Below, piece by piece: positions 61,799 to 64,000 of a stretch of 64,000 nucleotides of DNA (position 1 is the stretch's first letter; each line of letters opens with the position of its first letter). The DNA is from Actinomycetota bacterium (lineage in GTDB: Bacteria > Actinomycetota > UBA4738 > HRBIN12), in NCBI GenBank assembly GCA_046330185.1, contig JAXLTF010000010.1:330-64329 (forward strand), given 5' to 3'. The position numbers and the translations under genes were made by a program. The notes under the pieces were generated by a model that did not search any database, was not told where the DNA came from, and saw only the letters and a program-made list of their open reading frames with translations.

Positions 61799-63226
61799 AT
61801 GATCGAGCCCGAGCGGCCGTTGCGGCTGGACGCATCTCGCGAGGACGCGCTGATGCACGCGGCGAAGCTGGTCGGGGAGGCCTGGCAGAGCTTCGACCGG
61901 TACCGCCCCGAGGAGCCCCCGCTCGACGAGCGCGTTCGGAGGCTCCTGTCCGCCGGCCTGCCGGATGATCCCACGCCCGTGCACGAGGCGCTCGACGACA
62001 CGGCCCGGATCCTCGACGAGTCGATCGCCCAGCCGCGGCCGCGCTACTTCGCGTTCATCGGATCCTCGAGCCTGGAGATCGGCACGATCGCCGATCTGCT
62101 CGCGCACACCTACGACATCAACCTGGCGGTCGACGCGCGCGCGGCCACAAGGATCGAGGAACAGGCGGTTCGATGGGTCGGAGGGTTCGTCGGCTACCCG
62201 GCCGCGAACGGCGCGTTCACGAGCGGCGGGACGATCAGCAACGTGACGGCGCTAGCGGCGGCGCGCGAGCGGGCGATCCCCGGCTCGCGGGCGGCCGGTC
62301 TGGGAGGCTTCCGGGTCGCCATCTATTGCTCGGCCGAGATCCACTACTCCATCACGCGCGCCGTCGAGCTGCTCGGGATCGGCTCGGACAACCTGCGCGC
62401 CCTGCCGATCGACGACGCCCATCGGATGCGAACCGAAGCGCTCGCCGAGCAGCTCGACCGTGACATCGCTGCCGGGATCACGCCCATAGCCGTCGTCGCG
62501 ACGGCGGGCACGACGCTCACCGGGGCGATCGACCCGATCGACCCGATCGCCGACGTCTGCGCCCCACGCGGTGTGTGGCTGCACGTGGACGGGGCGTACG
62601 GCGCCCCCGCCGCGGCGATCGCCACGCACGCGGCCCGGTTCGCCGGGATCGCGCGCGCCGACTCCTTGTCGGTGGACGCGCACAAGTGGCTCTACCTGCC
62701 GAAGGCGTGCGGTGTCGTGCTGGTGCGAGAGGCCGAGGCGCTGCGGAGCGCGTTCGCCCACGAGGAAGGCTACCTTCCGCACCAACGACACGAGCTGCAC
62801 GCGGTCGACATCACCCTCGAGTACTCGCGTCCGTTCCGGGCGCTCAAGCTCTGGCTGGCGTTGCGCGCGCACGGAGCCGCCCAGTTCCGCGAGGCGATCG
62901 CGCGCAACCTCCACGAGGCCGATCTGCTGTACCGGCGGGCCGGGGAGGCCCAGGACTTCCGCACGCTCGCCGAGCCTCCGCAGCTGTCGATCGTCCCGAT
63001 CCGCCACGAGCCGGTCGGCGTCGATGATCTCGATGCGCATAATCGGGCGCTCGCCGAGGCGATCCAGCGGGACGGGCGCGTCTACCTGGCGTCGGCCCTG
63101 ATCCACGGCGAGATGTGGCTGCGTCCGTGCTTCGTGAACTTCCGGACCACCGACGAGGACGTGTTCGCGATCGTGGACGTCGCTCGTGAGCTGGGGGAGC
63201 GGCTCGCGGCGGGGGAGCGGCCGTGA
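61799..63226 (+). CDS. Group II pyridoxal-dependent decarboxylase (aromatic amino acid / glutamate decarboxylase family)
   Basis: About 475 aa. TSGGTISNVTAL, HVDGAYG, PLP-lysine motif SVDAHKWLYLPKACG. Intact. Confidence 0.85.
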   Translation: MIEPERPLRLDASREDALMHAAKLVGEAWQSFDRYRPEEPPLDERVRRLLSAGLPDDPTPVHEALDDTARILDESIAQPRPRYFAFIGSSSLEIGTIADLLAHTYDINLAVDARAATRIEEQAVRWVGGFVGYPAANGAFTSGGTISNVTALAAARERAIPGSRAAGLGGFRVAIYCSAEIHYSITRAVELLGIGSDNLRALPIDDAHRMRTEALAEQLDRDIAAGITPIAVVATAGTTLTGAIDPIDPIADVCAPRGVWLHVDGAYGAPAAAIATHAARFAGIARADSLSVDAHKWLYLPKACGVVLVREAEALRSAFAHEEGYLPHQRHELHAVDITLEYSRPFRALKLWLALRAHGAAQFREAIARNLHEADLLYRRAGEAQDFRTLAEPPQLSIVPIRHEPVGVDDLDAHNRALAEAIQRDGRVYLASALIHGEMWLRPCFVNFRTTDEDVFAIVDVARELGERLAAGERP

Positions 63227-63379
63227 TCCAGCAGCTCGGCGACCGGCGACCTGGACTTCCGGAGTTGGGTATGGGTGCTGTGGATCTGGGGCGAGATGGA
63301 GGCGTGCATGAGTTCGCCCGAACCGTCGGGATCAGCCGGCTGACGGCGACGGGCGTCGTGTCCGCGCGGTCGACGGCGG

Positions 63380-63754
63380 CTAGCTCGGCTTCGCGTAGCT
63401 GCTGGCTCCGTACCAGTCCACGACGACGACCGGCTCGTCGCCGATCACCCATGCGTCGTGTCCGCTGGGGAGCGAGCTCACATCGCCGGGTCCGGCCACG
63501 AACTCGGTCCCGTCGTCCATCCGGACACCCAGGCGACCGGACACGTGGTACTGGAAATGAGGCGCCTCGCAGCTATCGGTGCCGGCGATCGGTTTGACGT
63601 CGTTCGACCAGCGCCAACCGGGTTCGAAGACGAGGCGGCCGATCTCGGCGTCGCCGACGCTCAGGATCTCGGCGTGCCCGTTCGGGAAGTCGCGGATCTC
63701 GTCGGGGGCGTCGAAGGCACGGTGCTCGGTGCGGTGTTCCGTCTGCTGCATCAC
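63380..63754 (-). CDS. Cupin domain protein
   Basis: 124 aa. The beta-barrel-type pattern (HFQYHVSGRLGVRMDDGTEFVAGPGDVSSLPSGHDAWV) is typical of small cupins. Confidence 0.7.
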   Translation of the reverse strand: MMQQTEHRTEHRAFDAPDEIRDFPNGHAEILSVGDAEIGRLVFEPGWRWSNDVKPIAGTDSCEAPHFQYHVSGRLGVRMDDGTEFVAGPGDVSSLPSGHDAWVIGDEPVVVVDWYGASSYAKPS

Positions 63755-63798
63755 GGTCCCTCCTCGCGGGCTCCAACGACCGGCATCTCCGAGTATGC

Positions 63799-63816
63799 TG
63801 ACCTACTAGTAAGTCA
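63799..63816. promoter_or_regulatory. 18-bp near-perfect palindrome TGACCTACT-AGTAAGTCA (candidate TetR operator)
   Basis: One mismatch between the half sites. It is located in the divergent cupin/TetR intergenic region, 37 nt upstream of the TetR GTG. Confidence 0.4.
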
Positions 63817-63852
63817 GTTGTCAAGCAGCATCGGACGAAGGAGCTTCGACCC

Positions 63853-63999
63853 GTGACCGCGACCGATGAGCCCGCCGTGGCCGACGTCTCGACGGGCGAT
63901 ACCGCTTCGAGGATCCTCGACGTGGCCGAGCGTCTGGTCCAGACGCGCGGCTTCAACGGGTTCAGCTACGCCGACGTCGCCGCCGAGCTGGGCGTCACG
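63853..63999 (+). CDS. TetR/AcrR family transcriptional regulator (N-terminal part; continues off-window)
   Basis: The GTG at 63853 gives ...ILDVAERLVQTRGFNGFSYADVAAELGVT, a canonical TetR HTH. Confidence 0.8.
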   Translation, partial: MTATDEPAVADVSTGDTASRILDVAERLVQTRGFNGFSYADVAAELGVT

Positions 64000-64000
64000 A

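Noticed and set aside
63223-63597. 124-aa plus-strand ORF overlapping the cupin gene.
   Set aside because: It is antisense to the cupin ORF, which has a recognisable fold pattern. Its composition is the Arg/Ser/Pro-rich type of a spurious frame.

Overview
This is a high-GC (about 70%) segment of the kind seen in Actinomycetota. It is densely packed, with many 4-nt start/stop overlaps (GTGA/ATGA) and many starts that look leaderless.

- **0-41 kb, housekeeping core:** atpC (3' part), murA, a membrane protein plus a CPBP protease, an SCP2-ADH-SCP2 trio, PrsW, meaB plus the methylmalonyl-CoA mutase catalytic subunit, a Ni/Co ECF transporter (cbiM, a PDGLE-type N component, cbiQ, cbiO) with an adjacent Fur-family regulator, a pabB-pabC fusion, etfBA, mnmA, a UPF0280 protein, ligA, gatCAB (interrupted by an antisense EamA gene), a Rieske ferredoxin plus reductase, a MacB/FtsX-type ABC system, a class-V aminotransferase plus serA, an MFS transporter and a CrtI-like oxidoreductase.
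- **41.3-50.1 kb, broken genes:** almost every reading frame carries several frameshifts. Affected genes are two GcvT-family paralogues, vapBC, a second PIN gene, YqgE/AlgH, a GNAT, tandem methyltransferases and the 5' third of pepN. ilvE in the middle is intact.
- **51.9-58.3 kb, lower-GC patch:** hand counts on sample 100-nt stretches give about 57-62% GC. The patch opens with a 57-nt (TTC)n microsatellite and holds head-to-head 5'-truncated fadH-like and coxL-like pseudogenes, a phosphotriesterase pseudogene, a broken lipA and a decayed partial duplicate of a dehydratase gene.
- **58.3-64 kb:** a dehydratase, hpaE-hpaD, a PLP decarboxylase, a cupin protein and a TetR regulator.

I recognised no rRNA, tRNA, CRISPR array, transposase or integrase. 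I did not find a convincing complete novel multi-gene system. The signals I consider most worth a second look are the shared operator motif of the Fur/ECF locus, the trinucleotide microsatellite at a compositional boundary, the clustered indels and decayed block, and several unusual gene couplings. All similarity calls come from recognising motifs in the translated ORFs by eye, not from database searches.
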